Shown piece after piece: positions 17,083 to 27,694 of a stretch of DNA of 64,000 nucleotides (positions are counted from its first letter, which is position 1; each line of letters opens with the position of its first letter). Origin of the DNA: an uncultured Bacteroidales bacterium (GTDB lineage: Bacteria > Bacteroidota > Bacteroidia > Bacteroidales > VadinHA17); NCBI GenBank assembly GCA_963739685.1, contig CAVUAX010000002.1, positions 712,323 to 776,322 on the forward strand, written 5' to 3'. Made by a program: the position numbers and the translations under genes. The notes beneath the pieces are model-generated. The model ran no database searches. It was not told the DNA's origin and saw only the letters and a program-made list of their open reading frames with translations.

Positions 17083-18342
17083 TTATTTAAAATGTTTTGA
17101 AACCTCGAGGTTCTTCAAAAACAATAACCCTTTTATCATACATGGAACAACACCATCTCCATGATCAAGACCTGGAATAATTTCCTTTACACATAACAAA
17201 GAAGAAGTACCTGCATTGATCATTTCGTCATATATGTTTTGAGTAGCAACAGGGCTCACCTGAGTATCGTTGCCTCCATGTACAAGGAATAAATATTTAT
17301 TTGTATTCCAGGCTGTTATACTGTTTCTATTCAGGGCTTCACGAATTGGTGAATATTCAGGGGCAGAAACAAATCCCGAGATAAAATCTGCTTTTAGCAA
17401 ACCCGGAATTGAAGTGGTCAGTTGACTATTGATCTGATCAAACGATAAATTTCCGTTATAGAGAGTCCCCAGCCTCTCAGCGTAAGGCTCATTGAGAATC
17501 TCCGAAACAGGGTTGGTAAACTGGTTATAGGATTCATAAGCATGTACAATATAACCAATATATACTGGCATTGGATATGTTGTGGCATTTGCCATACTCT
17601 GAAACAGAGAATATATGTTGTATGGCCCTGCCCCACATGCTGATCCGGCAAGGTTAAACTCATCAGTATAATCAAGCTCCAATGTTTTATGCAAGGCAAG
17701 GGTTGCCCAGCCACCCTGAGAGTACCCAAGCAGATAGTACTCATTCTTCAGAACTATTCCCTGAAACTCAGTACTGACAATTTCATTCACGGTGAAAAGT
17801 AAGTCAACCAGGGATTGTACCGTAGGTTCTTTAACCAGGTAAGGGTGCGGTATCTGTACTGCTTCTCCAAATCCCGGATAATCAGCCATTACAACAATAA
17901 ATCCCATCGATGCTATTATCTCAACCATCTGGTATGCAGGGTCCAGAACATAATTACTTGGAGCCAGTGCATCAAGAGTATTGGTACCATTCTGAAAAGA
18001 GAGAACAGGATATTCACCTGGTACCGCAGGAACACAAATTAACCCGGAAGCATTTATCTTTTCCCCGTTTATGGTTGTTTTATAAATAATCTTAAAAATA
18101 TTGACATCACTTGCAACATATTGCTTCATGGAATTAATTTCCGGATAGTATCCCGAAGCATTACTGATAAAATTATTAATATAGGTCACCGAAAGATTCA
18201 ATTTCTGCTCTTTCGAAACAAAATATGCATATGAGGAGACGGGGTTCTCTTTTTTGCATGATGAAACCAGGAAGAGTGTTAAAACAGCCAATGGCAGAAT
18301 CCTGGTTAAAAACTGTTTAAAACGATTTTTAAGGATCATCAT
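17083..18342 (-). CDS. Alpha/beta hydrolase lipoprotein (lipase/esterase-like)
   Basis: Lipobox LVSSCKK, nucleophile elbow LLGYSQGGWA, and a C-terminal GLDHGD region consistent with a Ser-Asp-His triad. Confidence 0.7.
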   Translation of the reverse strand: MMILKNRFKQFLTRILPLAVLTLFLVSSCKKENPVSSYAYFVSKEQKLNLSVTYINNFISNASGYYPEINSMKQYVASDVNIFKIIYKTTINGEKINASGLICVPAVPGEYPVLSFQNGTNTLDALAPSNYVLDPAYQMVEIIASMGFIVVMADYPGFGEAVQIPHPYLVKEPTVQSLVDLLFTVNEIVSTEFQGIVLKNEYYLLGYSQGGWATLALHKTLELDYTDEFNLAGSACGAGPYNIYSLFQSMANATTYPMPVYIGYIVHAYESYNQFTNPVSEILNEPYAERLGTLYNGNLSFDQINSQLTTSIPGLLKADFISGFVSAPEYSPIREALNRNSITAWNTNKYLFLVHGGNDTQVSPVATQNIYDEMINAGTSSLLCVKEIIPGLDHGDGVVPCMIKGLLFLKNLEVSKHFK

Positions 18343-18431
18343 TAATTAGATAAGTTGTTTAAAGTATATAACCACACAAATATAATTCTTTCCTGAGATA
18401 ACCTTACCTTAGTCATCTCCTTTACTTTTTT

Positions 18432-18439
18432 TATATTTG
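18432..18439 (+). promoter_or_regulatory. Candidate -7 box TATATTTG
   Basis: Exact TAnnTTTG match, 18 nt upstream of the ATG at 18457. Confidence 0.5.
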
Positions 18440-18456
18440 CACTCGATTTAATTTAG

Positions 18457-20400
18457 ATGGTCTCTATACAAAATATATCAGTCTCATTTGGCAGCTTTGA
18501 TCTGCTGAATAATATTTCATTTCTTATAAATGAACAGGACAGGATTGGTCTGGCAGGCAAGAATGGGGCAGGTAAATCGACTCTTCTTAAAGTCATAGCC
18601 GGTATTCAGAATCCTTCTTCTGGGATTATCGACATACCAAAATATGTTACAATCGGATATCTTCCCCAACAAATGAAAGTTGATGATTCAACAACTGTAA
18701 TGAATGAAGTAGTTACAGCTTTTTCGGAACTGATATCCCTGACTGAAGAGATCGAGCACTGTAATGCTGAGATTGCCAGGAGAGAAGATTATGAATCGCC
18801 TGATTATCTTAAGCTATGCGATTATCTGACAATTGCGGAGGAGAGATACCGGCTGCTTGGTGGCACCAATTATATGGCTGAAGCCGAGCGTACTCTTCTT
18901 GGCCTCGGGTTTGAACGTAAAGATTTTGACAGACCTACAAAAGAGTTAAGCGGTGGATGGCGTATGAGAGTCGAACTTGCCAAGATACTTCTTAAAAAGC
19001 CTTCACTGTTCCTGCTTGACGAACCTACCAATCATCTTGATATAGAATCTATTCAATGGCTTGAAACATTTCTTGCAGGTTACCCGGGATCTGTTGTACT
19101 TGTATCACACGACAGGGCATTCCTGGATAATATTACAACCAGAACAATAGAGATATCCCTGGGAAGAATTTATGATTACAAGGCTTCCTGGTCAAAATAT
19201 ATAGAACTAAGAGCTGAGAGAAGGGAGCAGCAGATAGCTTCCTTCAGAAACCAGCAGAAAATGATAGAAAATACCGAGAAATTTATTGAGAGGTTCCGGT
19301 ATAAAGCAACAAAAGCCGTGCAGGTTCAGTCAAAGATTAAACAACTTGACAAGGTTGAACGACTTGAAGTCGACGAAGAGGATACCAGTGCAATACACTT
19401 AAGGTTTCCTGCAGCTCCACGTTCAGGGACTGTAGTTCTTGAGGCACTAAATCTTACTAAAAATTATGACTCTCTAATTGTTCTTAATAATATTGACATA
19501 AAAATTTCAAGGGGAGAAAAGGTTGCTTTCGTCGGACGTAACGGAGAAGGAAAAACCACATTTTCAAGGATCATTACCGGCGAGCTGGAATATAAAGGCA
19601 CCCTGAAGATGGGGCATAATGTGAAAATCGGGTATTTTGCCCAGAATCAGGATGAATTGCTTGATGAAAACCGCACAGTTCTTCAGACTATTGATGACGT
19701 GGCAAAGGGAGATGTCAGAACAAAGATCCGCGACATGCTCGGGGCATTTCTTTTCAGGGGCGATGATGTTGACAAGAAGGTAAAAGTACTTTCAGGAGGG
19801 GAACGTTCACGGCTTGCACTGGTAAAACTTCTGCTGGAACCCTATAACCTGCTGGTACTCGATGAACCTACAAATCATCTGGACATGCGTTCAAAAGATA
19901 TCCTCAAACAGGCACTTATCAAATTTGATGGCACACTAATTGTGGTGTCCCATGACAGGGATTTCCTGGACGGGATTGTTGAAAAAGTATTTGAGTTCAG
20001 ACATAACAGGATTAAAGAAAATATTGGAGGGATTTATGATTTCCTGCGTAAGAAAAAGATTGAAAACCTGAAAGATATTGAGAAAAAAGAGAAATTAAAG
20101 TACGATAACCGCAAGGATGATATTTCTGTCAATAAGCAAAAGTACCTTGAAAAGAAGGAGTATGAAAAAAACCTGAGAAAACTTCGGAAACGACTTGAAG
20201 AATCTGAACGTTTTATTGAAAAGCTCGAAGCTGAATTAGGGACAGTGGACAGGTCATTAATCGATCCACTTAGTTCATCAGCTGAAGATGAAGGAATATA
20301 CACCAAATATCAGGACCTGAAGTCGCAGTTAAACAGGGAAATTAATAAATGGGCAGAATATTCTCAGGAAATTGAAGAGTATTTACGAAATACCAACTGA
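18457..20400 (+). CDS. ABC-F family ATPase (two ABC domains, no transmembrane domain)
   Basis: Walker A motifs GKNGAGKST and GRNGEGKTT. Signature motifs LSGGWRMR and LSGGERSR. Lys/Glu-rich C-terminal coiled coil. Confidence 0.9.
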   Translation: MVSIQNISVSFGSFDLLNNISFLINEQDRIGLAGKNGAGKSTLLKVIAGIQNPSSGIIDIPKYVTIGYLPQQMKVDDSTTVMNEVVTAFSELISLTEEIEHCNAEIARREDYESPDYLKLCDYLTIAEERYRLLGGTNYMAEAERTLLGLGFERKDFDRPTKELSGGWRMRVELAKILLKKPSLFLLDEPTNHLDIESIQWLETFLAGYPGSVVLVSHDRAFLDNITTRTIEISLGRIYDYKASWSKYIELRAERREQQIASFRNQQKMIENTEKFIERFRYKATKAVQVQSKIKQLDKVERLEVDEEDTSAIHLRFPAAPRSGTVVLEALNLTKNYDSLIVLNNIDIKISRGEKVAFVGRNGEGKTTFSRIITGELEYKGTLKMGHNVKIGYFAQNQDELLDENRTVLQTIDDVAKGDVRTKIRDMLGAFLFRGDDVDKKVKVLSGGERSRLALVKLLLEPYNLLVLDEPTNHLDMRSKDILKQALIKFDGTLIVVSHDRDFLDGIVEKVFEFRHNRIKENIGGIYDFLRKKKIENLKDIEKKEKLKYDNRKDDISVNKQKYLEKKEYEKNLRKLRKRLEESERFIEKLEAELGTVDRSLIDPLSSSAEDEGIYTKYQDLKSQLNREINKWAEYSQEIEEYLRNTN

Positions 20401-20402
20401 AA

Positions 20403-21173
20403 ATGGAATTGAACCATTTTGAAAAAGAATACAAGATCCATGTTTATGAAACAGGTCCGGCTGGCAGAATAAATCTTTATTCACTTTTTGATTTTCTTCA
20501 GGATATGGCTTCAGAACATGCTGTCAGATTGGGTTTTGGAAGAGATGACCTGATGAAAGAAAATCATTTATGGGTCCTCTCCAGAATGTATGCTGTAATT
20601 TCTGAATGGCCTGTATGGGAAGAAACAATAGTTATACGGACATGGCACAAAGGAACAGATAAACTATTTGGAATGAGAGACTTTGACGTGTTTTTCACCG
20701 ATGGCAGACATATAGCTTCAGCAGCATCCTCATGGCTTATTATTGATCGTGAAACAAAGAAAATTCAAAGGCCGGATAAAGTCCTCGCCAATCCAACTGA
20801 TATAAAGCAGATGAATGCACTTCCCCGAAATGCAGCAAAACTGGAAAAGGTTGCTGACGATAGTATGGTTTCACAAACCTTCAGTGTGAAGGTAAGTGAT
20901 CTTGACTTAAATCTGCATACTAATAATGTAAGGTATGTCAAATGGGTAACCGATACTTATGACCTCGATTTCTCATTGAAGAATGTTCCCTGTTCAGCAG
21001 AAATAAACTATCTTGCGGAATCTGTTTATAATGATGAGATATCAGTTCATACAGTGACAGGAAAGAATGACCATGGCATTTATGACCATTCAATATTCAG
21101 GAAAAATGATGACAGGGAGCTTTGCAGAATAAGATTAATCTGGAAAGAGGGGAACAAACCAAAAGTTAATTAA
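20403..21173 (+). CDS. Acyl-ACP thioesterase
   Basis: 256 aa. The N-terminus YKIHVYETGPAGRINLYSLFDFLQDMASEHA...WVLSRMYAV and the double hotdog layout are typical of the FatA/B-like family. Confidence 0.8.
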   Translation: MELNHFEKEYKIHVYETGPAGRINLYSLFDFLQDMASEHAVRLGFGRDDLMKENHLWVLSRMYAVISEWPVWEETIVIRTWHKGTDKLFGMRDFDVFFTDGRHIASAASSWLIIDRETKKIQRPDKVLANPTDIKQMNALPRNAAKLEKVADDSMVSQTFSVKVSDLDLNLHTNNVRYVKWVTDTYDLDFSLKNVPCSAEINYLAESVYNDEISVHTVTGKNDHGIYDHSIFRKNDDRELCRIRLIWKEGNKPKVN

Positions 21174-21181
21174 TTTTGAAT

Positions 21182-22519
21182 ATGAAGAATTTAAAAGCCT
21201 TTAGGATACTACTGAGTTTGCCAGCAATAATCCTTATGAGTGTGCTTTTGATCTCCTGCAAAACCACCCAGACTGCAATTGATTCCAAGGATCTTTCCTA
21301 TATCTACAATCCTACAAAAAATCCTTTCAGCCCACGTTACAATGTTACAAATCAATCTGATGAAACATCCGTTCTCGAAGTAAAATTTTTCACATCCGAT
21401 TTATTTTTCTCGGAAGCCAACCCCCAGGGAGTTCCCACATCCTTAATGCAATTGAATGTAAAGCTTTTTAATATCAGTCAGGGCAAAATTCTTGCCGACA
21501 CTGCGTTTTATAACCTTAACATTGTCAAGGAAGAGGGAAGGCAGGAATACCTTTACAAGGTTCCTCTTAAGGTACAAAAAGGCCTTGAATACAATATTGA
21601 AATTAAAATACTTGACAGGTTACGGTTGAAAGTTGTTCAGGCCTTTGTATCATTCAATACATTCTCAGATAACAACAGATACAATTTTCTTGCAAGGGGG
21701 CACTTTCAGAAAAATGAATTATTTAATCCTGTTATAAGAGCAAATGAATTTGTTAACCTTCTCTACCTTAGAAAACCTGTTGACTCAATTTATGTATCGT
21801 ACTACAAACCATTCAGGGAAGTTCCATATCCACCCTCAATGATACTCCCCGAAAAGAGCATTGACTACGGACCTGATACGACTATTGCTCTGCATTACTC
21901 CGATACATTGCCAATGATGTTTCCGAAAGAGGGTATATATCTGGTCAGTATTGCAAGGGATATTAAAGAAGGATATACATTCATGAATTTCGGAGCATCT
22001 TTTCCATCCATGACAACACCGGGGGTAATGATCGGACCCCTTGCCTACCTTGCTTCTCCGGATGAAGTAAATTCATTACTTTCATCAGTAAAACCCAAAA
22101 AAGCCCTTGACGATTTCTGGATTAAATGTGGTGGAAATATTGAGAAAGCCCGTGAACTCATCAGAATATATTACACAAGGGTACTCTATTCAAACTATTA
22201 TTTTACATCTTACAAAGAGGGATGGAGAAGTGACAGGGGAATGATATATATAATTTACGGCCCTCCTGATAAAATCTACAAGACACCTGATGAAGAGAGC
22301 TGGGGTTACAGTAAAAAAGTTGTTAAATCGACATGGGGAGGCAGGGTCCATTTAAAGGAAGAGTATCTTTTCTTCAATTTTAAAAAGAAGGATAACATAT
22401 TTTCTGATAATGATTACTTTCTAAGCAGGAGCGAATCACCTGTAACTTACTGGGATCAGGCAGTTTTATCATGGAGAAAAGGCATAGTTTACCGCCTCGA
22501 TAATCCGGAAGATATTTAA
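21182..22519 (+). CDS. GWxTD domain-containing lipoprotein
   Basis: Signal peptide with lipobox LLISCK. The C-terminal motif is EGWRSDRGMIYIIYGPPDKIY. The track start at 21176 is TTG; an ATG lies at 21182. Confidence 0.8.
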   Translation: MKNLKAFRILLSLPAIILMSVLLISCKTTQTAIDSKDLSYIYNPTKNPFSPRYNVTNQSDETSVLEVKFFTSDLFFSEANPQGVPTSLMQLNVKLFNISQGKILADTAFYNLNIVKEEGRQEYLYKVPLKVQKGLEYNIEIKILDRLRLKVVQAFVSFNTFSDNNRYNFLARGHFQKNELFNPVIRANEFVNLLYLRKPVDSIYVSYYKPFREVPYPPSMILPEKSIDYGPDTTIALHYSDTLPMMFPKEGIYLVSIARDIKEGYTFMNFGASFPSMTTPGVMIGPLAYLASPDEVNSLLSSVKPKKALDDFWIKCGGNIEKARELIRIYYTRVLYSNYYFTSYKEGWRSDRGMIYIIYGPPDKIYKTPDEESWGYSKKVVKSTWGGRVHLKEEYLFFNFKKKDNIFSDNDYFLSRSESPVTYWDQAVLSWRKGIVYRLDNPEDI

Positions 22520-22524
22520 ATAAA

Positions 22525-23277
22525 ATGCAGAAAGAGACAGATTCTATATTTGGGTTAAGAGCTGTTATCGAAGCTATAAGGGCAGGAAAACAAATAGACC
22601 GCCTCCTGATAAAGCAGGGCCTTCAGGGTTCTTTGTATCATGAGCTCATGTCGGAGGTAAAAACGCATAACATAGTTTATCAGATAGTACCTGTTGAGAG
22701 AATTGAGCTGGTGACAAGAAAAAATCACCAGGGAGTGCTGGCATGGCTGTCACTCATTGAATACCAGGACATCTCAAGTCTTCTCCCAATGATCTTTGAA
22801 AAAGGTGAAGATCCACTTATTGTTGCACTCGATGGAGTTTCAGATGTAAGAAACTTCGGAGCTATTGTCCGTACTGCAGATTGCCTTGGGGCCCATGCAA
22901 TTATAATATCTGAAAAGGGATCCGCAAGGATTACAGCTGATGCAATAAAAACATCTGCAGGTGCGCTACATACATTTCCCGTCTGCAGGGAGAAGAGCAT
23001 CGTCCGGTCAATAGAATATATGAAAAGTTCCGGCTTAAAAGTAATATGCGCAACTGAAAATTCGGGAGAGGAAGCTTCGTCTTCTGCCCTTACAGGTCCA
23101 TCAGTATTAGTACTGGGTTCTGAAGAAAAAGGGATCAGCCGGGAACTGATATCGCTTTCTGACCATCAGGTAAAGATACCTATGCAAGGAAATATCGCAT
23201 CTCTGAATGTGTCCGTTGCAGCTGGAATCTTTCTCTACGAAATGCAGAGACAGAGATCTGACCGGATTAAGAAATAA
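22525..23277 (+). CDS. rlmB: 23S rRNA 2'-O-ribose methyltransferase, SpoU/TrmH family (RlmB-like)
   Basis: N-terminal substrate-binding domain (FGLRAVIEAIRAG). SpoU motifs LVLGSEEKGIS and IPMQGNIASLNVSVAAGIFLYE. Confidence 0.88.
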   Translation: MQKETDSIFGLRAVIEAIRAGKQIDRLLIKQGLQGSLYHELMSEVKTHNIVYQIVPVERIELVTRKNHQGVLAWLSLIEYQDISSLLPMIFEKGEDPLIVALDGVSDVRNFGAIVRTADCLGAHAIIISEKGSARITADAIKTSAGALHTFPVCREKSIVRSIEYMKSSGLKVICATENSGEEASSSALTGPSVLVLGSEEKGISRELISLSDHQVKIPMQGNIASLNVSVAAGIFLYEMQRQRSDRIKK

Positions 23278-24484
23278 TACCCAATATCCTTTGATCAAGA
23301 GCTTCCTGGTCTGCTGCAAACGAAGCCAGACCTGCAAGTGTAAGCAATGTATCAGGTGCAATTTTACCTTCACTGATCTTTTGTGCCCATCTTGAATGGA
23401 CGGGTATCTTTCCATCTGATACAATTAATGCTTTCTCCTCCTTTGTAAGGAAAGGGAACATATCCCCGCAACCCTCTTCGTGCGCGATGGTAATCAGCTC
23501 ATTTCCTGTTTCCGGCAGTTTTGAGGCGAGTCTCTCGGCCAGCTTGATCTCCTTATCTCCGACTTCCCAGAATTTTTCAAGGTGGGCCTCTTTAGCATTT
23601 TCAAAAATGCTTACGTCAAAGTTTTCATGAAGCCGCGATATAAAATTGCCACTTAATGATTTACGGCCCTCCGCTGCAACGCCGGGAGGCATGGTGAATA
23701 CATCAGTTCCGGCAAGTAATTCAAGCTGATTGTAACTTCTCAGACTTGCTGCTATAAGCTTTGATTGCCATGGATTTTTTGCCGAAAGACCAGTTACCCA
23801 GTTTTGCGTAGAAATAACAGTCCTCTCACCTGCACCTGTCCCGTCACCAAGCTTATTATTAATCATATAAGCACCTATCCGGCCAAGAAATACATTCTGG
23901 TAATCGGGGCGTGCAACTCTTGTCACAATTACATTTTCCCTCGCACTGAACTCAAGCGTGAAGTTGACCTTGACACCGGAATCACGAAGGTGCCGTGCCC
24001 CGATTAATCCTTCAGCAGTATAGGGAACTTTTACTATAAAATTATCCGGGCAAATCTCATGGAGCCTTTTGCCATAATATTCAATTCCTTTAATATCATG
24101 TGAGAGATCTGTGTGAAGCTCAACACTGACGTATCCTCCGAATTTTGTAGCTAATCTTAAGCCATGACGTGCATTCAGAATGAAGGCAATCTCTTTTACC
24201 TTTTCTTCAATCGGAAGCTCCCTGACGATGCTTTTAGCTTCTGAAATAAAAACATCGTAAATACCCTTCTGAATTTCTTTGTTGAGTAATGTGTTATTCG
24301 TTGTCAGGGCGCTCATTTCGGATGACCAGTTAGATTCAGCCTCCTCTATATCACCAGTATCCAGCCATAGTTCTGTCCCAATATTTCGTAATGACTCCCA
24401 AAAAGGATCCGATTTTGCAACGAAACGCCTTTCATCCAGGTTTTTCCAGATATAATCGCTAATTCTGGTATTAAGGTCAGCCAT
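23267..24484 (-). CDS. Transaldolase family protein
   Basis: WLDTGD, TTNNTLL, VSVELHTDLSHD, Schiff-base lysine context FIVKVPYTAEGLIGA, and NFTLEFS. Confidence 0.7.
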   Translation of the reverse strand: MADLNTRISDYIWKNLDERRFVAKSDPFWESLRNIGTELWLDTGDIEEAESNWSSEMSALTTNNTLLNKEIQKGIYDVFISEAKSIVRELPIEEKVKEIAFILNARHGLRLATKFGGYVSVELHTDLSHDIKGIEYYGKRLHEICPDNFIVKVPYTAEGLIGARHLRDSGVKVNFTLEFSARENVIVTRVARPDYQNVFLGRIGAYMINNKLGDGTGAGERTVISTQNWVTGLSAKNPWQSKLIAASLRSYNQLELLAGTDVFTMPPGVAAEGRKSLSGNFISRLHENFDVSIFENAKEAHLEKFWEVGDKEIKLAERLASKLPETGNELITIAHEEGCGDMFPFLTKEEKALIVSDGKIPVHSRWAQKISEGKIAPDTLLTLAGLASFAADQEALDQRILGIIS

Positions 24485-24583
24485 GATTTTAGTTATTATA
24501 AGATTTTAAAATTCTAAAGCTTTGCGTTCTTTTTACTCTCTGCAAAAATAACTAAAATATTGCACTGATTCACCGATTATTTT

Positions 24584-24591
24584 TAGCTTTG
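24584..24591 (+). promoter_or_regulatory. Candidate -7 box TAGCTTTG
   Basis: Exact TAnnTTTG match, 28 nt upstream of the ATG at 24619. Confidence 0.45.
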
Positions 24592-24618
24592 AGTGATTTT
24601 GGCTAAAACCATCACGAT

Positions 24619-25893
24619 ATGAGAAACTTAACCATACTTATTTTGTTTGTTTGGACTCTTTCAGCTAACGCACAAATTAATTTTGATAAATACTTTACTA
24701 AAAAGGTTTTACGATTTGATTTTATACTTGCGGGTAATAGCAGGGAGACAGAGGTATTTCCTGCTGGCATGAAGGAGGAGCCTTACTGGAGTGGCTCGGA
24801 AAAAAATCTAATCGATCCTTTCAAATTCGGAAACCTGAAATATGAAGTATTTGATGAAGATGCTAATACCCTGATATATTCAAGAGGCTTCTGCACTCTT
24901 TATCAGGAATGGCAAACCACAGCGGAGGCTAAGGTAATGAAGAGAAGATTTTATGAGGTTGCTACAATGCCATATCCAAAAAACAAGATCAGGTTTGTTC
25001 TCAGCATCAGGGAGAGAGACGGTTCATTCTCCAAACTTTATGAAACCAGAATTGATCCTGATGATTATTTTATCAGAAAAGAGTCTCCCGTAAAAGTTAA
25101 TGTAAGTAAGATCAGGGATGCGGGAGACCCTCAAAAATGTGTTGACCTTGCATTTATTGCAGAAGGCTACACAACTGAAGAGATAGGAAAATTCAGAGAG
25201 GATGTAAAGAATATGACCGAGGTACTCTTCGGAGAACCTCCATTTACTGACTTTAAAGACAAAATAAATGTCTGGGCGGTTGAAGCAGTTTCAGAAGAAT
25301 CAGGAACAGATATTCCCGGCGAAAGGATTTATGTAAATACAGCCCTTAATTCGACATTTTATACTTTCGGTCTTGACCGCTATCTGACCACAACGGATAT
25401 CAAAGCAGTAAACGATTTTGCAGCGGCAGTACCACACGACAATATTATAGTCCTCATAAACACAAACAGGTACGGAGGCGGAGGGGTTTACAACTATTAC
25501 AGCGGAACTTCCTCCGGAAATCCTCTATCACCAATTGTATTTATCCATGAATTCGGACATGGATTTGCCGGCCTGGCCGATGAATATTATTCATCATCAG
25601 TGGCTTATGAAGATTTCTACCCTCTTGATGTCGAACCATGGGAACCAAATATTACAACTTTGGTTAATTTTGATTCAAAATGGAAGAAATTTATAGGAAA
25701 AGATATTCCGATACCTACTCCTGCCACGGAAAAATACAAAAATGTTACAGGGTTATTTGAAGGTGCAGGATATTCTGCCAAAGGGATATACCGTTCTGAA
25801 ATGGATTGCAGGATGAAGAGTAACGGACCGAAGGGATTTTGTACGGTATGCAGGAATGCTATTAAAAAAATGCTTGACTTCTATACAGAATGA
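24619..25893 (+). CDS. M64 family (IgA peptidase-like) zinc metallopeptidase
   Basis: Signal peptide. Zinc motif HEFGHGFAGLADEY within a length typical of the M64 family. Confidence 0.8.
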   Translation: MRNLTILILFVWTLSANAQINFDKYFTKKVLRFDFILAGNSRETEVFPAGMKEEPYWSGSEKNLIDPFKFGNLKYEVFDEDANTLIYSRGFCTLYQEWQTTAEAKVMKRRFYEVATMPYPKNKIRFVLSIRERDGSFSKLYETRIDPDDYFIRKESPVKVNVSKIRDAGDPQKCVDLAFIAEGYTTEEIGKFREDVKNMTEVLFGEPPFTDFKDKINVWAVEAVSEESGTDIPGERIYVNTALNSTFYTFGLDRYLTTTDIKAVNDFAAAVPHDNIIVLINTNRYGGGGVYNYYSGTSSGNPLSPIVFIHEFGHGFAGLADEYYSSSVAYEDFYPLDVEPWEPNITTLVNFDSKWKKFIGKDIPIPTPATEKYKNVTGLFEGAGYSAKGIYRSEMDCRMKSNGPKGFCTVCRNAIKKMLDFYTE

Positions 25894-25991
25894 ATAATGG
25901 TGCCTGAATAAACAATAAAATAACCCCAAAGCCAGTAAGGGAATTATACTATAACCCATTTTATAAAAGTGGATATTCAGATTAATGACCA

Positions 25992-27206
25992 TCAGATCAA
26001 AAAATCCATCGGGACATCTTTTAGTCTTGAAATATCTTCAATTCTTTCTTTTACATCAAATCCTGAATGGCATTTTACAATGCAGCTTTCACAATCTTTA
26101 CATGAATTGTCAGGCAGACCAGCTTCATTGAGGGTATGCCGTGCCTGTTTAAGATTCCTGTAACCGTAAGCATACATATAACTTCTCATTGCAGTGGGTA
26201 TTTCCAGATTATACCTGCATTGTGGCACACATTGACGGCACTGTTGACAATAAAGCCCCGGCATCGGATCAAGCTCCGTTAAATTTATACTGTTTGTCTC
26301 CTGTTCCGACATTTTCAGATCCTGAATCATAGCTAAATTTTTCTCCAGCTCTTCCAGTGAGGACATGCCAGAGACAATTGACGATATTTGCTCATTTTGC
26401 AACACCCATTTAAGTGCAGCATTTGTGTCAAGAGGTTTTGTTCCTGACTTGTCATTGAATGCTCCGGCAGTGGTTTTCATAGCCATTACACCCATCCCTG
26501 CATTAATTGCATAAGCAATTGCTTCATTCATAGACTCCCTGCTATCAGTTTTGAAGTTATAAGCAGTCATGGCTACATCATATATCCCGGCATCAGCAGC
26601 AGCTTTGAGTGCCTCCTCGCAGTAGCTGTGTGTGGAAATCCCGACATATCGTGTTTTTCCCTCTTTCTTAAGTTTCATCAATACTTTAATAAGGGCTTCG
26701 TTCATGATCATCTCTCTTTTCCCTGCATAAGGAAACAAAACAAAATCAACATATTCCAGACCAAATCTTTCCAGACTCCCTCCTACCTTTTTTAAAAAAT
26801 AATCATTTATATTCAGGGGATATGTAAGTACACCTTTATGTGTGTCGTATCCTTCAAGTGGTATTGCAGTGCCAACTAAATATGAATCTCTTGGAAGGCC
26901 CTTTAATCCCTCCCCGACCATTGTTTCATTACTACCCTCCCCATAATAGGTTGCAGAAAAAAAGAGTTTAATGCCGGAAAAATAGGCTGATTTTACTAAT
27001 CCCGGACTACTTGCAGAACTTGTTCCCATACTTATCAGGGGCGTTTTAATACCGGTTCTGCCGAGGACCCTGAACGGAAGTTCCGGAATACTCTTCTGCC
27101 GTGATTCTAATGATAGATTATTTTTTAATGCACCTGGTACCATGGCTGCACCCGATAACCCGAGAATGCTTTTTTTAAGAAACTCACGACGCTGGCTTTT
27201 CTCCAT
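25992..27206 (-). CDS. Tat-signal aldo/keto reductase with a C-terminal cysteine-cluster (Fe-S type) extension
   Basis: Twin-arginine leader QRREFLKKSILGLSGAAM, an AKR core, and C-terminal CQQCRQCVPQC and CKDCESCIVKC. Confidence 0.75.
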   Translation of the reverse strand: MEKSQRREFLKKSILGLSGAAMVPGALKNNLSLESRQKSIPELPFRVLGRTGIKTPLISMGTSSASSPGLVKSAYFSGIKLFFSATYYGEGSNETMVGEGLKGLPRDSYLVGTAIPLEGYDTHKGVLTYPLNINDYFLKKVGGSLERFGLEYVDFVLFPYAGKREMIMNEALIKVLMKLKKEGKTRYVGISTHSYCEEALKAAADAGIYDVAMTAYNFKTDSRESMNEAIAYAINAGMGVMAMKTTAGAFNDKSGTKPLDTNAALKWVLQNEQISSIVSGMSSLEELEKNLAMIQDLKMSEQETNSINLTELDPMPGLYCQQCRQCVPQCRYNLEIPTAMRSYMYAYGYRNLKQARHTLNEAGLPDNSCKDCESCIVKCHSGFDVKERIEDISRLKDVPMDFLI

Positions 27207-27409
27207 CTCAGTAATTGTAAAATAACAATTAATATCTGCCCTGAATGTCGAATTTACAATGAATTTTTTAATAATGCAATCTCTCTTTCTTACAGGGTAA
27301 AGACTGTGAATTTATCTTATCACGTTTAGATTTTGCATCATCTTCCTAATCCCGGAAGGAGGTAATAAAGGTCCTTCACTTTACCTGACTGGCAGGTGTT
27401 TTTATTTTT

Positions 27410-27694
27410 TTACAGTTTTGCTTTGTTGTCTACCTTTGAAATAAGTCCCTTTGCATTTAACGACCTGCTCATCGCATTTAAGATCTCTTTCTGACCGGAT
27501 TTTATTTCACAGCTGCCTTTAAAATGTACAATCATAGCACATTGTTCAGCCTGAACTGAATCGTGACCACAGATTTCAACCAGCGATTTAATGACATGAT
27601 CGAATGTATTGATATTGTCATTTAACAGTACCAGTGAACTGATTTCACTGCGTTGATTCTGACTATCATCTCTATGTAGGGTTCTCTCCCTCAT
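27410..27694 (-). CDS. clpS: ATP-dependent Clp protease adaptor ClpS
   Basis: 94 aa. LLNDNINTFDHVIKSLVEICGHDSVQAEQCAMIVHFKGSCEI is typical of ClpS. Confidence 0.88.
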   Translation of the reverse strand: MRERTLHRDDSQNQRSEISSLVLLNDNINTFDHVIKSLVEICGHDSVQAEQCAMIVHFKGSCEIKSGQKEILNAMSRSLNAKGLISKVDNKAKL

